From Candidatus Nomurabacteria bacterium (lineage in GTDB: Bacteria > Patescibacteriota > Saccharimonadia > Saccharimonadales > CAIOMD01): DNA of 64,000 nt. Numbering within the stretch: position 1 is the stretch's first letter; every line of letters begins with the position of its first letter. Under the pieces are notes generated by a model. It was given only the letters and a program-made list of their open reading frames with translations, was not told where the DNA came from and ran no database searches. The stretch is from contig JACKGO010000001.1 in NCBI GenBank assembly GCA_020631975.1, positions 131,409 to 195,408 on the forward strand, read 5' to 3'. This document shows, piece after piece, positions 27,463 to 38,352 of this stretch. The position numbers and the translations under genes are program-made.

Positions 27463-29319
27463 CTACATATTGCCGCGTTTTTTATCGTTACGGACTAGTA
27501 GTGCATTAATAGCGTTTAAATCGTTGACTGTGTAATGAAACCCATATACTTCGTTGATAAAATCTAGTAAATCTGCACGGTAGTCATGCCCGACTGATGT
27601 GAATATGCCGGGTTTTGGTTTTAGCGCATTTTTCATATCTATCATTCTAAGGACAAACGTCGTAGGCGTTCGGTAGCGAGTATTTTGGGGCAATGTTTTA
27701 GGTCGATTTGTGTAGCTACTAAGCCATCGTGGACGACGTACTAATAACGAGAGGCTAAAGTGGGCAACGGGGTCATTGTGGTGGGTACACATAACGTAGC
27801 GGAGCTGTTTTCTGTCTGAAGCTGGTAGTTGTCTATAATCTGCTATATTATCAAACTTTGCTACTAACTCATGATCCACATTCAATGTACTGCCATTATT
27901 TACTATGTCTTGCCATCTACTGAGTTCTGGCGTGCCAATCCAAAGTGCCCTGTCTATTCCCGTAGCAATGAGCCCGTCTGTTCCGCTGTACAAGAAGGCA
28001 TCTTGGCTTACCCAGGCACCCAAGCTTTCGCCAAACATAAGGATTTGTGGTCGCTTATCTTTTGGCATGTTACGCAAACGCTTGCTAAGCGCATTGACAA
28101 GTATTCTAAACTGAATATGTCCATCATCTACCCTGTCTAGCGACAACGGAGACGGTCGTTTGGAGTACTGCATCGTTATCATGGCGCAGTCACCTTTGGC
28201 TAAGTATTCCACGGTATCGCTCATAACATAGTTAACATAGCCTGTACCTGTTGGGGCTATGAGTACAACGTATTTACGATCGAGTGCTTTGGTGCGATCA
28301 ATTTCTGCTAGTGCTAATGCTGTGCGAGCTTCGTCGCTTGGTGCGCTATCGTACCCAACATAAATTCTTATCGGCTCTAGAGCATTTTTAATATGCAAAT
28401 CTTCATTGAGCTGTTGCTTAGATATACGTGTACCGATATGACGCCTTCCTTGTAAAGACAAGGTTTGCCAAGATACATGACTAGACGTACTTCCACTCAC
28501 ATAGATTTCATCGGGATTACGAGAAAATATTTTTTCTACAGTATTTTGTGATGATTCAATTTTGCGATATAGTTTTGATATGCCATACCACCCAATGCCA
28601 GCAAGTGTAGCCACACTAGCGACATGCCCAATCGGTAACCAACCCTTAGCGAGAGGCTTGGCGTGAGAATCAACATACTTTTGAACGTGGTGAGCAATAT
28701 ATTTTTCTGATCTCGAAACAACCGTGAGTCCTGCAATTATTGCGATACCTGCCGTCAATGCCTTTGCTGGTGATGAAACAACAGGGTTTTGTTTGATAGA
28801 TACAATTTGCCGATATTTCACGAAATCAAACAACAAAGCGAGTAAAACACCAAGCGGAAAAATAAATAGCGTACTAGCAAGTTGTTTTTTACCGCCGCCG
28901 TTTTCTATATCATCACCTAATATTGCACCCAGGCCACGCAGTGTAACGCCTGCCGCTCCTGCAACAGTCATCCAGTAACTAAGGGTTCTGGCGATACTCC
29001 GTGGCATTTGTTCTGAATCTGTCTGGTGTAATAGTCTTTGAGCAATCAAGCCAATGCCAACAGCGACGCCACTTGCCAATATTCCCGCTTGAAAGCTGTC
29101 TTTACGCGAATCCTCATCTATAAATTGATTCGTAGCTGCCTCTATACCGTCTTGCATCAGGATAGCTATGCTAAAGGCGAGTGCCATTGTTAGTCCAGTA
29201 GCCAGTCCTTGATCAACCGCGTCGCGTTCGATCATGGATTGCTGCAGTGTACCAGGCATAACTGCAGCTGCAGCTAACAACCCAACGTCTGAAGAAATGC
29301 TTCTACTTTGTCTACTCAT
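27463..29319 (-). CDS. Membrane-anchored alpha/beta-hydrolase family protein (Abhydrolase_9-like)
   Basis: N-terminal multi-TM region, then a C-terminal hydrolase region with LMFGESLGAW (GxSxG). Confidence 0.6.
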   Translation of the reverse strand: MSRQSRSISSDVGLLAAAAVMPGTLQQSMIERDAVDQGLATGLTMALAFSIAILMQDGIEAATNQFIDEDSRKDSFQAGILASGVAVGIGLIAQRLLHQTDSEQMPRSIARTLSYWMTVAGAAGVTLRGLGAILGDDIENGGGKKQLASTLFIFPLGVLLALLFDFVKYRQIVSIKQNPVVSSPAKALTAGIAIIAGLTVVSRSEKYIAHHVQKYVDSHAKPLAKGWLPIGHVASVATLAGIGWYGISKLYRKIESSQNTVEKIFSRNPDEIYVSGSTSSHVSWQTLSLQGRRHIGTRISKQQLNEDLHIKNALEPIRIYVGYDSAPSDEARTALALAEIDRTKALDRKYVVLIAPTGTGYVNYVMSDTVEYLAKGDCAMITMQYSKRPSPLSLDRVDDGHIQFRILVNALSKRLRNMPKDKRPQILMFGESLGAWVSQDAFLYSGTDGLIATGIDRALWIGTPELSRWQDIVNNGSTLNVDHELVAKFDNIADYRQLPASDRKQLRYVMCTHHNDPVAHFSLSLLVRRPRWLSSYTNRPKTLPQNTRYRTPTTFVLRMIDMKNALKPKPGIFTSVGHDYRADLLDFINEVYGFHYTVNDLNAINALLVRNDKKRGNM

Positions 29320-29472
29320 GGTGGCAATGTCCTATTAAATACCAAGTACAATAAGTGGTCTTATGTATATTTATACCATAAATAGTAAATGTATCAAACA
29401 AACAAAGTAATGACTCTCAGCATACATACCAGTAATTCAGCACAGCCTACAAAAAGCTGTTATCATAAAACT

Positions 29473-29787
29473 ATGAAATTTCCATGGAAGAATAAAGAAG
29501 AACCACCCAAACCGAGACCAATGACAGATGCAGAATATTTAAAACTTGGTAAAGCCGTAGAGCAAGTCTACGTATCTGGGTATGCCTCTAAAAAACAACT
29601 CTTTAAAATGAGCTTATATAAGGGTATAGGGTATGGGTTAGGCATATTTATTGGTGGTACAATTATCGTAGCCCTGCTGGCGTATACCATCAGTCAGTTT
29701 GAAACCGTACCATTTTTAAAAGACGTATTAGAACCTTTCCAACAAACCATTCAACAAGTTAACGGTGGTCCTATAGCACCGCAGTAG
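29473..29787 (+). CDS. DUF5665-like small membrane protein
   Basis: Start at MKFPWKNK. YKGIGYGLGIFIGGTIIVALL is typical of this CPR-enriched family. Confidence 0.5.
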   Translation: MKFPWKNKEEPPKPRPMTDAEYLKLGKAVEQVYVSGYASKKQLFKMSLYKGIGYGLGIFIGGTIIVALLAYTISQFETVPFLKDVLEPFQQTIQQVNGGPIAPQ

Positions 29788-29790
29788 TCT

Positions 29791-30816
29791 TTAATCACCT
29801 GCGCGCTTGGATGCTACGAATGAACTAAAAATTATGGCTATTCCAGCAAGTCCTGCAAAGGTTTCTGGTACATGAATGAACATTGTAATTGCTAATATGA
29901 GCACTGTGTAGTGTGCACCATGTTCAAGGTATCTATAGGTTGCAAGCGACCCTTTGCGTACCATATAAACGGTCATGGATCTCACCCATACAGCTCCGAT
30001 ACCGAGCCCAGCAGCTATTAGAAGGACTTGATTTGTGATAGCAAAAGCACCAATCACACTGTCTAGGCTAAAGCTCGCGTCGAGCACTTCTAGGTATAAA
30101 AAAGTCAAAAATGCAGCAAAACCATAACGTACGGTAGTAGTTGCTCGTTTGCCGTTGTGCCCAGACTGTATTTTTGTAAAGAATTCAGCCAGACCATGGA
30201 CCACTATATACGTTACAACGCCAACAGCACCTGATGCAATTGTTGTTTCTGGGTGGTCATTTCTGGGCAAAGCGGCAAAAAAAGCAATAACGCCGGCTGT
30301 CATAAGACTAGGCATGTACCAATGGCTTACACGGTGCAGACGAGATTCTATTGGTGTAAGCCATAGTGTTTTTTTTGTTTTGTCAAAAAAGAAACTTAGG
30401 GCAAGCATTAGCAAAAAAGCACCACCAAATGCCGCTATTGACGGATATGCCACTTCTAATTGGGCAGAATACGCAACAGGATCATTAAGAGCGGTGTCTA
30501 AGACGGTTTGCCAACTTGTGTTCGCTGCTATCGCTACGAGAGCAATCGGAAACACAACTCGCATACCAAATATTGCAATAAAAATACCTATTGTTAAAAA
30601 CATTGTTTGCCAAAATTTAGACATCGTTGTAAGTACTTTGGCGTTAATAATGGCATTTTCGAAACTAAACGTAATTTCAATTATTAAGAGAGCAAACAAG
30701 ACAGGAATAACCTGCGCTCCGTTATACGCAATGGATATTGCTGAAATTAAGATAGTGAGTACAACAGAAATACCAAATATTCTCACTGGCGAATGACGAT
30801 GCAGTAGACGGCTCAT
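29791..30816 (-). CDS. DUF475 (TerC-related) integral membrane protein
   Basis: EITFSFENAIINA and LEVLDASFSLDSVIGAF repeated motifs. Confidence 0.7.
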   Translation of the reverse strand: MSRLLHRHSPVRIFGISVVLTILISAISIAYNGAQVIPVLFALLIIEITFSFENAIINAKVLTTMSKFWQTMFLTIGIFIAIFGMRVVFPIALVAIAANTSWQTVLDTALNDPVAYSAQLEVAYPSIAAFGGAFLLMLALSFFFDKTKKTLWLTPIESRLHRVSHWYMPSLMTAGVIAFFAALPRNDHPETTIASGAVGVVTYIVVHGLAEFFTKIQSGHNGKRATTTVRYGFAAFLTFLYLEVLDASFSLDSVIGAFAITNQVLLIAAGLGIGAVWVRSMTVYMVRKGSLATYRYLEHGAHYTVLILAITMFIHVPETFAGLAGIAIIFSSFVASKRAGD

Positions 30817-31232
30817 GTTTCTGTAGGCTGTGGGGCGATATCGTTGCCACTTGCTACGTTGTCAATGATTTCAACGAGTTGCCGAGGCGTGAATTCAGCT
30901 TTTATCAAATAACCATCTGCCATTTTTTCTATTTCTTCACGAGATTCATCTTCTTGATCAAGGTTTGTTGTAATGAGTATTTTAGCTTTAAGGTTAGGAG
31001 CCTTCGCACGTAATTCACGCAGTACCTCAAAGCCGGTAATACCAGGAATCATGAGATCTAGCAATATAATGTCGTAATCGTCCTTGAGTGCAGAACGTAG
31101 ACCATCTTCGCCACTTAATAAGGTTGTCACATCATAACCAGCTCGCCTAAGTGCCCGTGCATATAGTTCACTAATAAAATGTTCGTCTTCTACGCACAGT
31201 ATTTTAATTCCGTTTGCTGGTTTCGTTTCCAT
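30813..31232 (-). CDS. Receiver-only response regulator
   Basis: ILCVEDE and IILLDLMIPGITG (phospho-acceptor Asp). There is no output domain. Start at METKP, 1 nt after the kinase stop. The stop overlaps the DUF475 ATG (ATGA). Confidence 0.85.
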   Translation of the reverse strand: METKPANGIKILCVEDEHFISELYARALRRAGYDVTTLLSGEDGLRSALKDDYDIILLDLMIPGITGFEVLRELRAKAPNLKAKILITTNLDQEDESREEIEKMADGYLIKAEFTPRQLVEIIDNVASGNDIAPQPTET

Positions 31233-31233
31233 G

Positions 31234-32766
31234 TTACCCCCTATAGAGCGAATGGTTTTTAATCCATCCATGCGCTCCTCGTATTATTTCTTTGTTATCT
31301 TGGTCATCAATTTGGTCAGCTACTGATGCATAGGTTGGTAGTAAAAAGCCAAATGTGCTGCCTTGGCCTTCTTTACTTTGGACCCATATTGTACCGCCGT
31401 GAGCGTCTACAATGGCCTTACAAAGATATAAGCCGAGCCCAGTACCACCGACGCTGTTCTTGCTCTGGTGAGCTCGGTAAAACTTGTCAAATACGTGGCC
31501 GATTAAACTAGATGGTATACCCACACCTCGGTCGGTAACCGTTGTCTCTATCATGTCATCTTTAAGGTATGATTTTATTACGATATCTTCTTTAGTGTGC
31601 GTGTATTTAATCGCATTATCTAGCAAGTTATTTAATACTTCATAAATACTTACTTTATCTACTGCAATCGTTGGCAAATCTGGGTCTATATCTATAATGA
31701 GATTCTTATCATGTACTTGAGCTCTCAGCTGCATGTCTTTGCAAGCTTGTTGCAAGACGTCGGCCCATGGTTCTTCTTTAAGCCGCAATAATAGGGCATT
31801 TTCCTCTACCCTTGCTACGTTAAGGATATTAGAAACAAAAGATGATAATCGCTGAGCACTTGCTGCCATGTTATGCATGAATGCAGTTTGTTCTGAACTT
31901 AGTGTGGGGCTGAGTTCGTCTTCAAAAACTTCTATGTAACCTCTCATAATTGTGAGTGGTGTGCGTAGTTCGTGAACTGCTAAACTTACAAAACTAAGAT
32001 CATGATCATCACGCTCATATTGCATAGTTCTATCAAAAAATGTCAGAGCCAGCTCAATACCCGTGACATCATCTTTACGGTAGTGTGCTGCCAAGTCAAA
32101 TTGTTTGCGTTTATTTTCAGGGAGGTTAAGCCGCACTCGCTCCCAAACTTCATTTTCTACCACGGCCCCTTCACGGCAACTTTGTAACCATGCTTCTAGA
32201 GTTGTTTCACTCACAAATGATAAGTTGCAGGCATCGTAAAAGTATTGCCCAATCACCTCATTAGCTGGCAGCTCTAAATATTTAAGTGCTGCTTCATTAG
32301 CGAAAGTAATTTGTTGATCAGTATTGACGACAATCAGCGGTAAAGAAAGTACATTTACCAACGTTCTGTAATAAACAAGCTCTTGGTCATGCATCTGGCC
32401 TTGTTGTTGCAAGGCTTGGCTAACATCCATCGCTCTTTCTGCAAGTTTTAGTAAAAACTCGCGAGACGGCGCACCAATGTCATGCTCACTTGGTCTATCT
32501 ACTTCGTCGTCTTCTTTTAGAGCAACCAAAATTGCTCTTGTTAAGAAATCGGTAGTTTTTATGACTTCATTAGCGACAACTCTTCCCAAAATTATGCCGA
32601 CAATCACCGATGTGCCGAGTGCAATATAGACGCTCATGAGCGTATCAACTTTCAAGATTTGAGAAACGCCATAGTAGACACCAATAGCCATGACACTCGT
32701 ACCAATGGCTGCAAACATAATTTTACGCCATATGCTTTCGCGCAATGGGTATAGATGTGCGATCAT
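31234..32766 (-). CDS. Sensor histidine kinase (TM, PAS, HisKA, HATPase_c)
   Basis: H-box SLAVHELRTPLT, N-box LNNLLDNAIKY and G-box GTGLGLYLCK. Confidence 0.9.
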   Translation of the reverse strand: MIAHLYPLRESIWRKIMFAAIGTSVMAIGVYYGVSQILKVDTLMSVYIALGTSVIVGIILGRVVANEVIKTTDFLTRAILVALKEDDEVDRPSEHDIGAPSREFLLKLAERAMDVSQALQQQGQMHDQELVYYRTLVNVLSLPLIVVNTDQQITFANEAALKYLELPANEVIGQYFYDACNLSFVSETTLEAWLQSCREGAVVENEVWERVRLNLPENKRKQFDLAAHYRKDDVTGIELALTFFDRTMQYERDDHDLSFVSLAVHELRTPLTIMRGYIEVFEDELSPTLSSEQTAFMHNMAASAQRLSSFVSNILNVARVEENALLLRLKEEPWADVLQQACKDMQLRAQVHDKNLIIDIDPDLPTIAVDKVSIYEVLNNLLDNAIKYTHTKEDIVIKSYLKDDMIETTVTDRGVGIPSSLIGHVFDKFYRAHQSKNSVGGTGLGLYLCKAIVDAHGGTIWVQSKEGQGSTFGFLLPTYASVADQIDDQDNKEIIRGAHGWIKNHSLYRG

Positions 32767-33986
32767 TGGACGTCGTATCGAACGTCGTCAGCAGATGCAA
32801 CGAGCGTTAGCCATGTTTGTCCAGCATTCAATTTTAATGGGAGTCCAAATGAATCTTTTAGTGCGAGAGATGATTTGCGATCCGGCTTTTCCCATGTTCC
32901 AACACTCACAATGCCGTCCTGGAAGACGAATACTTTACCAGAACCTGTGGTGGTGTAATTGGTATGATACCCGTCAGGATCGTTGCCTTTATTGGCGACT
33001 AGTGCGATAACTACCTTTGGATTAATTTGCTTGCCCGTCGGTTCGTCTTTATGGGGGGCTCCTGCTTGTGAGCGTAAATAACTGTTAGACGCACTGTCGT
33101 AGCTAAATTGTGCGTTATATTTAGGACCAGATAATATAAGATTAACCGTATTGGCTGTTGGGGTTTGTGGTACATCAATTTTGCGAGCAAAACCTGTAAA
33201 TTTACTAGATGTATATCCTTTTGATTGATTAAGGCTGTCTAATCGTGCAAAATCACTATACACATTGTGTGGAGCAGATTTGCTAGATAGTCTAGTGTAG
33301 GCATTGGCGTTATAAAACTGATCTAAATCTTTAATGCCAAGGCTTTTTATATCCTGAAGCGCTTCTGGGCTACCACCAACGTGACCGTATGAACCATCTA
33401 GTCCAGCAATGTAGTCAACATAGTACGGACGCGCACTTCTAATCGGTCCGATTTTGTCTGGCTGAGATTCTTGATACACTGCCATGAACCTGGTTACACC
33501 ACCTTCTGCAATCGCTTCGATAACCATGTCAGCTTGGTATAAGCCACTTTGCGGACGCGCTTCTGGGCTATTTTCTATCATAATGCCAGTAATTGGTCTG
33601 GCTGCAATTGCAGCTGATGCTACTTCCCTACCAGTGAGGGGGGATGTGGGTGGCTGGTTTGGAGCAGGCTCTTCTTGGGTGATGCTATTCTGGGTTGTCG
33701 GTTGAGTAGTGTCTTTTGTAAAGAAAATATAGTATATTCCAAACCCAACAATTATTGCACAGACAACACCAAGGATAATTAATTGCTTTTTAGTTAATTT
33801 CTTAAAAATATTTTTGCTCTTTTTAGGTGATTTTGGCATATTCGTAGGTTCTTTTGAGTCGTCAATAATAATTTCGTCTTCAATAATTTCATCTTCTAGC
33901 CGGGTTGGCTTTTGCGCAATACTCTGCAAGGTTGGCTCGCTTAGTGGCACTGAATCGTCTTTTTTTGGTGTTTTGATGTCATCCAT
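32763..33986 (-). CDS. DUF3048 domain protein (YerB-like), N-terminally anchored
   Basis: IENSPEARPQSGLYQADMVIEAIAEGGVTRFMAVYQ. The stop overlaps the kinase ATG (ATGA). Confidence 0.7.
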   Translation of the reverse strand: MDDIKTPKKDDSVPLSEPTLQSIAQKPTRLEDEIIEDEIIIDDSKEPTNMPKSPKKSKNIFKKLTKKQLIILGVVCAIIVGFGIYYIFFTKDTTQPTTQNSITQEEPAPNQPPTSPLTGREVASAAIAARPITGIMIENSPEARPQSGLYQADMVIEAIAEGGVTRFMAVYQESQPDKIGPIRSARPYYVDYIAGLDGSYGHVGGSPEALQDIKSLGIKDLDQFYNANAYTRLSSKSAPHNVYSDFARLDSLNQSKGYTSSKFTGFARKIDVPQTPTANTVNLILSGPKYNAQFSYDSASNSYLRSQAGAPHKDEPTGKQINPKVVIALVANKGNDPDGYHTNYTTTGSGKVFVFQDGIVSVGTWEKPDRKSSLALKDSFGLPLKLNAGQTWLTLVASADDVRYDVQ

Positions 33987-34035
33987 ATGTAATAGGTACC
34001 CTTGACATTACTTCTTAAGGTTATTGTACCACTTT

Positions 34036-35478
34036 TTAGACAATACTATCAAAATATTTTTCAGCTTTAGATAGTCGCTGCATGACTTCATCTTTTCCAA
34101 GGAGTGCCAGTGAAGGTGCTAAATCGGGACTGTACTCCGCCCAAGTGGTCGCTAAACGAATTAAACTAAATAATATGACAGGTTTTTGGTGAGTACTTTC
34201 TAGTAGTGAATTTAGGCAATCTTGTATTGATTCGATAGAAAAATCCGCTTGTTGCTGAAGGGCTGATTGGGTTTTGGCTAACAGGCTTGATAATACAGCT
34301 GGCGATAGTTTTGATAGTTGTTTATGCGCTAAAACGAGTTCTGGTTTTGGCACTGGTTGCTCAAAAAAGCTTGCAGCGACAGCTTGTATATCGGCAAGTG
34401 TTTTTAGCCTTCCTTGTGCAAGTGCGACTACTTCACGTTTATAAGTACCTGAATACGACGACGCTGACGATGGTAAAAATGGTTGTACACGGTTATACAG
34501 ATCATCTGTATCTATTCGGCGAATCCATTGACCATTCAGCCACAATAACCGCTTTTCATCGAACCTCGCTGGTGATTTTTGAACTTTATCTAGACTAAAT
34601 TTCTTTATGAGTTCTTCTTTGCTAAAAATTTCTTGTTCCGTGCCGTCATTCCAGCCGAGCGTTGCTAAAAAATTGAGCATAGCTTCTGGCAGATAGCCCT
34701 CATTTTGATAATCTAAAATATCTTTTGCACCATCACGTTTAGATAGTTTTTTGTTCCCGTTCATCGCCATAACATATGGCAACGTTGCAAACGTAGGAAT
34801 GGGTACAGACAGGGCTTCATACAAATTAAGGAATTTTGGTACACTTGCAATAAATTCTTGACTCCGAATAACAAGGTTTACGTCCATGAGCGAATCATCA
34901 ACAATATGGCAAAAATTATACGTCGGATAGCCATCACTTTTCATTAAAATAAAATCGTCAACAGCATCCTCGCCTGCAGAAAGTTCACCTAGCACTTCAT
35001 CATGCCACGCGTAGGCTTTAGGGCTAGATGTAAACCTGAGCGGTTGTGTACCATCCCATTTTGGTGGGTTTTTTGGGCGATGGTTCCTATACAAAAAAGG
35101 TTGCTTGTTTCGCTTGGCTTCTTCTCTGAATGCGGCTACTTGAGCTGGTGTGTAGGGGTCCGCGTACGCCCTGCCACTTGCTACCAGTCTTTGAGCCCAG
35201 TCTGCATAAAGCAGTAGCCGTTCAGATTGTCTATATGGTTGATGTGGCCCTGGTTTGTCTGGCCCCTCGTCCCATTCTATGCCGAGCCATTGCAAGCTCT
35301 TTATAATATGCTGTTCTGCCCCAGCTACTTCACGCTGTTTGTCGGTATCTTCTATGCGCAAGATGAAGGTACCGCCTTTTTGCCGGGCAAGTAACCACGC
35401 AAAAAGTGCTGTTCTGACGCCACCAACATGGATAAAGCCGGTTGGACTCGGTGCAAATCGTGTCGTAATGTTATGCAT
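34036..35478 (-). CDS. gltX: Glutamate--tRNA ligase
   Basis: RFAPSPTGFIHVGGVRTALF (HIGH region) and KLSKRDG (KMSKS). Confidence 0.95.
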   Translation of the reverse strand: MHNITTRFAPSPTGFIHVGGVRTALFAWLLARQKGGTFILRIEDTDKQREVAGAEQHIIKSLQWLGIEWDEGPDKPGPHQPYRQSERLLLYADWAQRLVASGRAYADPYTPAQVAAFREEAKRNKQPFLYRNHRPKNPPKWDGTQPLRFTSSPKAYAWHDEVLGELSAGEDAVDDFILMKSDGYPTYNFCHIVDDSLMDVNLVIRSQEFIASVPKFLNLYEALSVPIPTFATLPYVMAMNGNKKLSKRDGAKDILDYQNEGYLPEAMLNFLATLGWNDGTEQEIFSKEELIKKFSLDKVQKSPARFDEKRLLWLNGQWIRRIDTDDLYNRVQPFLPSSASSYSGTYKREVVALAQGRLKTLADIQAVAASFFEQPVPKPELVLAHKQLSKLSPAVLSSLLAKTQSALQQQADFSIESIQDCLNSLLESTHQKPVILFSLIRLATTWAEYSPDLAPSLALLGKDEVMQRLSKAEKYFDSIV

Positions 35479-35541
35479 ACTCGCCTAGTAGTATGTCAAA
35501 TACACGAGTTATTCTCAACTTATAACGCGAAAAACAACTTA

Positions 35542-36717
35542 CTACATGCTGGATGCGAGTTCAAGCAGCTGCTCAGATGACAGACTTCCATCTTCGCCGT
35601 TAACGCTATACCATATTCCTTTATCTACCCATGTAGCATTAGAACCATTATATATATAAATCGTTAAGCCATTGTCTTTATACGCTTGGTACCTAAATTG
35701 TGAATCTAGTAAGTAATTTGTCAGTAGTGCTTCACTAGACCAGTTAGATGGTTTTTGCGTCACAATAAAGCGTCGCGCGTCACTATTAGAGTTATAAGTG
35801 AGTGAAATTACATCTTTATCTGCTTGCACCGGGCCATTAAATGAGTACCCTGCAGGTATGTTGCTTGGAAGTGCTCCATTAAAGCCTGCTTTGCTTGCCG
35901 CGACACGCATACTTACCATAGGTACATTCTGATACGCAAAAAAGCCAGCTAATAGGGTCAAGGCAAACACAGCTGCGCTCGCCGATACTACCTTGGGTGA
36001 TATTTTTAAAGATCGCACCAGGCGTTTTCTACGCGAATCTTTTTTTACTGGTTTTAACAAGTGACTATTAGCTTTTTTAATGTGATCTTCAAAAACAAAT
36101 TTTTTAGGATTTGTAGGCGTTTCTTTAGTCGTAGTAGTGGGTTGTGTATTAACAGGATTAGTCGGATGGGTAGTAGCACCAGCACTAGAATGAGTGTTTT
36201 TAGGTGCCTGGTGATGAACGGGGGGTTGTTTTACAGGGAGTTCTGTCGTTAGGTGTGGTTTTGGGTTTGGTGGCGTGCCAAACTTAGATATTAACGTACT
36301 TTTACTCGCCCGTAAGGCACGGCTCAGACGCACGTCGGGGACTCTCTTAACAAGCATACCTCTGCCAGTAGCGCTGTGCTCTACGCTACTGTGGACATTT
36401 GCATTCGTGCTGTGTATATGTGGCACAGGCTTTGGTGTAGAGGGTTTTTGTACTGCTTTGCGATGTAGAGTCTGAGATTTTTGAACATGTTTAACTGGTG
36501 TGGGTTGCGCGCTACTAAGCGGCCTGTTTGTAGCATGATGGGGCGTTTTACGCACGCCATCCATAATAACACCACGTTGTAATGGTTGCGTTACTTGTGT
36601 GCGTGTCGGCGTTTTACGTTCAGCGTTAGATGTATCTGTCTTTGCTGGGTGCGATGATACTACTTTACCTGTGTGTGCGTCGTATATTTTGCCGTTTATT
36701 TCTATCGTTGTTTTCAC
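35542..36717 (-). CDS. Hypothetical membrane-anchored protein with a His/Pro/Thr-rich cytoplasmic region
   Basis: 391 aa. Low-complexity N-terminal half, one TM (VVSASAAVFALTLLAGFFAY), then a C-terminal globular domain. Confidence 0.5.
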   Translation of the reverse strand: MKTTIEINGKIYDAHTGKVVSSHPAKTDTSNAERKTPTRTQVTQPLQRGVIMDGVRKTPHHATNRPLSSAQPTPVKHVQKSQTLHRKAVQKPSTPKPVPHIHSTNANVHSSVEHSATGRGMLVKRVPDVRLSRALRASKSTLISKFGTPPNPKPHLTTELPVKQPPVHHQAPKNTHSSAGATTHPTNPVNTQPTTTTKETPTNPKKFVFEDHIKKANSHLLKPVKKDSRRKRLVRSLKISPKVVSASAAVFALTLLAGFFAYQNVPMVSMRVAASKAGFNGALPSNIPAGYSFNGPVQADKDVISLTYNSNSDARRFIVTQKPSNWSSEALLTNYLLDSQFRYQAYKDNGLTIYIYNGSNATWVDKGIWYSVNGEDGSLSSEQLLELASSM

Positions 36718-36870
36718 CTATGCCACCAAAATTTATTTTTTAAATTTCTGCCTTATCTACTATCGTACAAGCATTTAGTATATAAACGCAAGTGTTTTTG
36801 TTAGTTCTTACCCGCTAACATGCCGTAGCGATTTTAACGTGTACGCGTTACAATAATTTGTGGTACTACT

Positions 36871-38346
36871 ATGGAATTTTTAGACCCCGAAGAAAAAAGA
36901 GAAAAAACCCTACGTTTATTTATGGGCTATGGCTTTATAGCCGCGGTTATTATTTTTAGTACGTTTATGATTTCTTTTATTTTGCAAGGCTTTGATTTAT
37001 TTAACAATAATAGAGATGTCAGAAACGGATTATTATTTATAGATAGTAAACCGGTTAGTGCGAACATTTACATAAATGATGTATTAGAAAAACGCACAGA
37101 CGCCCGCTTTGTCTTGCCAGAAAATACCTATTCAGTGCGGCTTACAGAAGAAGGCTATCGCGATTGGTATAAAGATGTAGATGTCATAGGTGGCAGTGTT
37201 ACCTACCAAATTTACCCAAGGTTATTCCCCGTAGATATTCGTAAACAAACCACCGCTACGTATGCACAAATACCAAAAATATGGACAGAATCACCGAGCA
37301 GAAAATGGATAGTTGCGAATGCCAATAGCACGAACCCCACGCTTAATGTTACTGACACTACAAAAGCGACAGAGGCGCCAAGCCAAATCGTCATACCAGA
37401 AACTGTTCTTAGCGCGCAAGATATGGCGACAAGTTCACTGAAAGTGGTTGAATGGTCTACAGATAACCGTCATTTTTTGGTGCAAAAGACGGCCTCCGAC
37501 GGTTTCATTTCATATGTCATAATAGATCGCGAAAAACCTGAAGAGTCATTTGACGTGACGGCAAAGCTATCTATTGCACAAGGGATCGATGTACGCTTAC
37601 GTGATAAAAAGTATGACCAATATTATCTACTAGATGCGAACACAAAGCTGCTACGGCGGGCATCGCTATCTAATGGGATAGAACCCGTAATCGTGGCGGA
37701 CGGTGTTGTGTCGTATGCACCGTACGAAAACAACACACTCTTGTATGCCACAACAAGTGGTGCGCCAGAAGGCAAGTACGCAGTCAGAATTCTCGACGGA
37801 GCAACAAACTATTTATTACAACCTATTGCCGCAAGCCAAACAATTTTATTAGACATAGCTCGCTACGAAGGCGATTGGTTTTTTGTGGTTGGCTCTAATG
37901 CTCAAGAAAATACACACATTTATATTAACCCACTGCAGAATGCAGATAATATAGACACGACTGGCGCTCTTCGTTTTCAATTAAAACTACCCTTACCTGC
38001 AGCACGCTATGTTGGCTTTTCTGATAATGCTCGTTTTATAGGTGTGCAAAATGACACAGCTTTTACGGTATATGATGCTGAGCTACAAACAATTTATCGC
38101 TTTGATAGCCCAGTTGCTTTACCACCAGAAGGCGCGCAATGGTTAGACGGCCATCGGTTCCATGTGGTGAGTGGTGGTAGCGAGCATGTATTTGAATTTG
38201 ATGGTGCTAATTTTCAAACATTAACAGAAGCAGTGAACGGTCAAAAAGCGTTTTACGATAATGACTTTGTTCGCCTTTTTACCCTCGCTCCACAAGCTAA
38301 TAATTCGTTAAATTTCCAAGTAGGTTTCTTAACGCTTACTAACTAA
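36871..38346 (+). CDS. PEGA domain-containing membrane-anchored protein
   Basis: N-terminal TM, then LLFIDSKPVSANIYINDV..YSVRLTEEGYRDW (PEGA). Confidence 0.65.
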   Translation: MEFLDPEEKREKTLRLFMGYGFIAAVIIFSTFMISFILQGFDLFNNNRDVRNGLLFIDSKPVSANIYINDVLEKRTDARFVLPENTYSVRLTEEGYRDWYKDVDVIGGSVTYQIYPRLFPVDIRKQTTATYAQIPKIWTESPSRKWIVANANSTNPTLNVTDTTKATEAPSQIVIPETVLSAQDMATSSLKVVEWSTDNRHFLVQKTASDGFISYVIIDREKPEESFDVTAKLSIAQGIDVRLRDKKYDQYYLLDANTKLLRRASLSNGIEPVIVADGVVSYAPYENNTLLYATTSGAPEGKYAVRILDGATNYLLQPIAASQTILLDIARYEGDWFFVVGSNAQENTHIYINPLQNADNIDTTGALRFQLKLPLPAARYVGFSDNARFIGVQNDTAFTVYDAELQTIYRFDSPVALPPEGAQWLDGHRFHVVSGGSEHVFEFDGANFQTLTEAVNGQKAFYDNDFVRLFTLAPQANNSLNFQVGFLTLTN

Positions 38347-38352
38347 ATTATC

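Noticed and set aside
30149-30796. 215-aa plus-strand ORF, and similar antisense ORFs (5383-5760, 890-1210, 27058-27333, 25636-26007)
   Set aside because: Each is antisense to a well-supported membrane protein gene and has no SD or motif.
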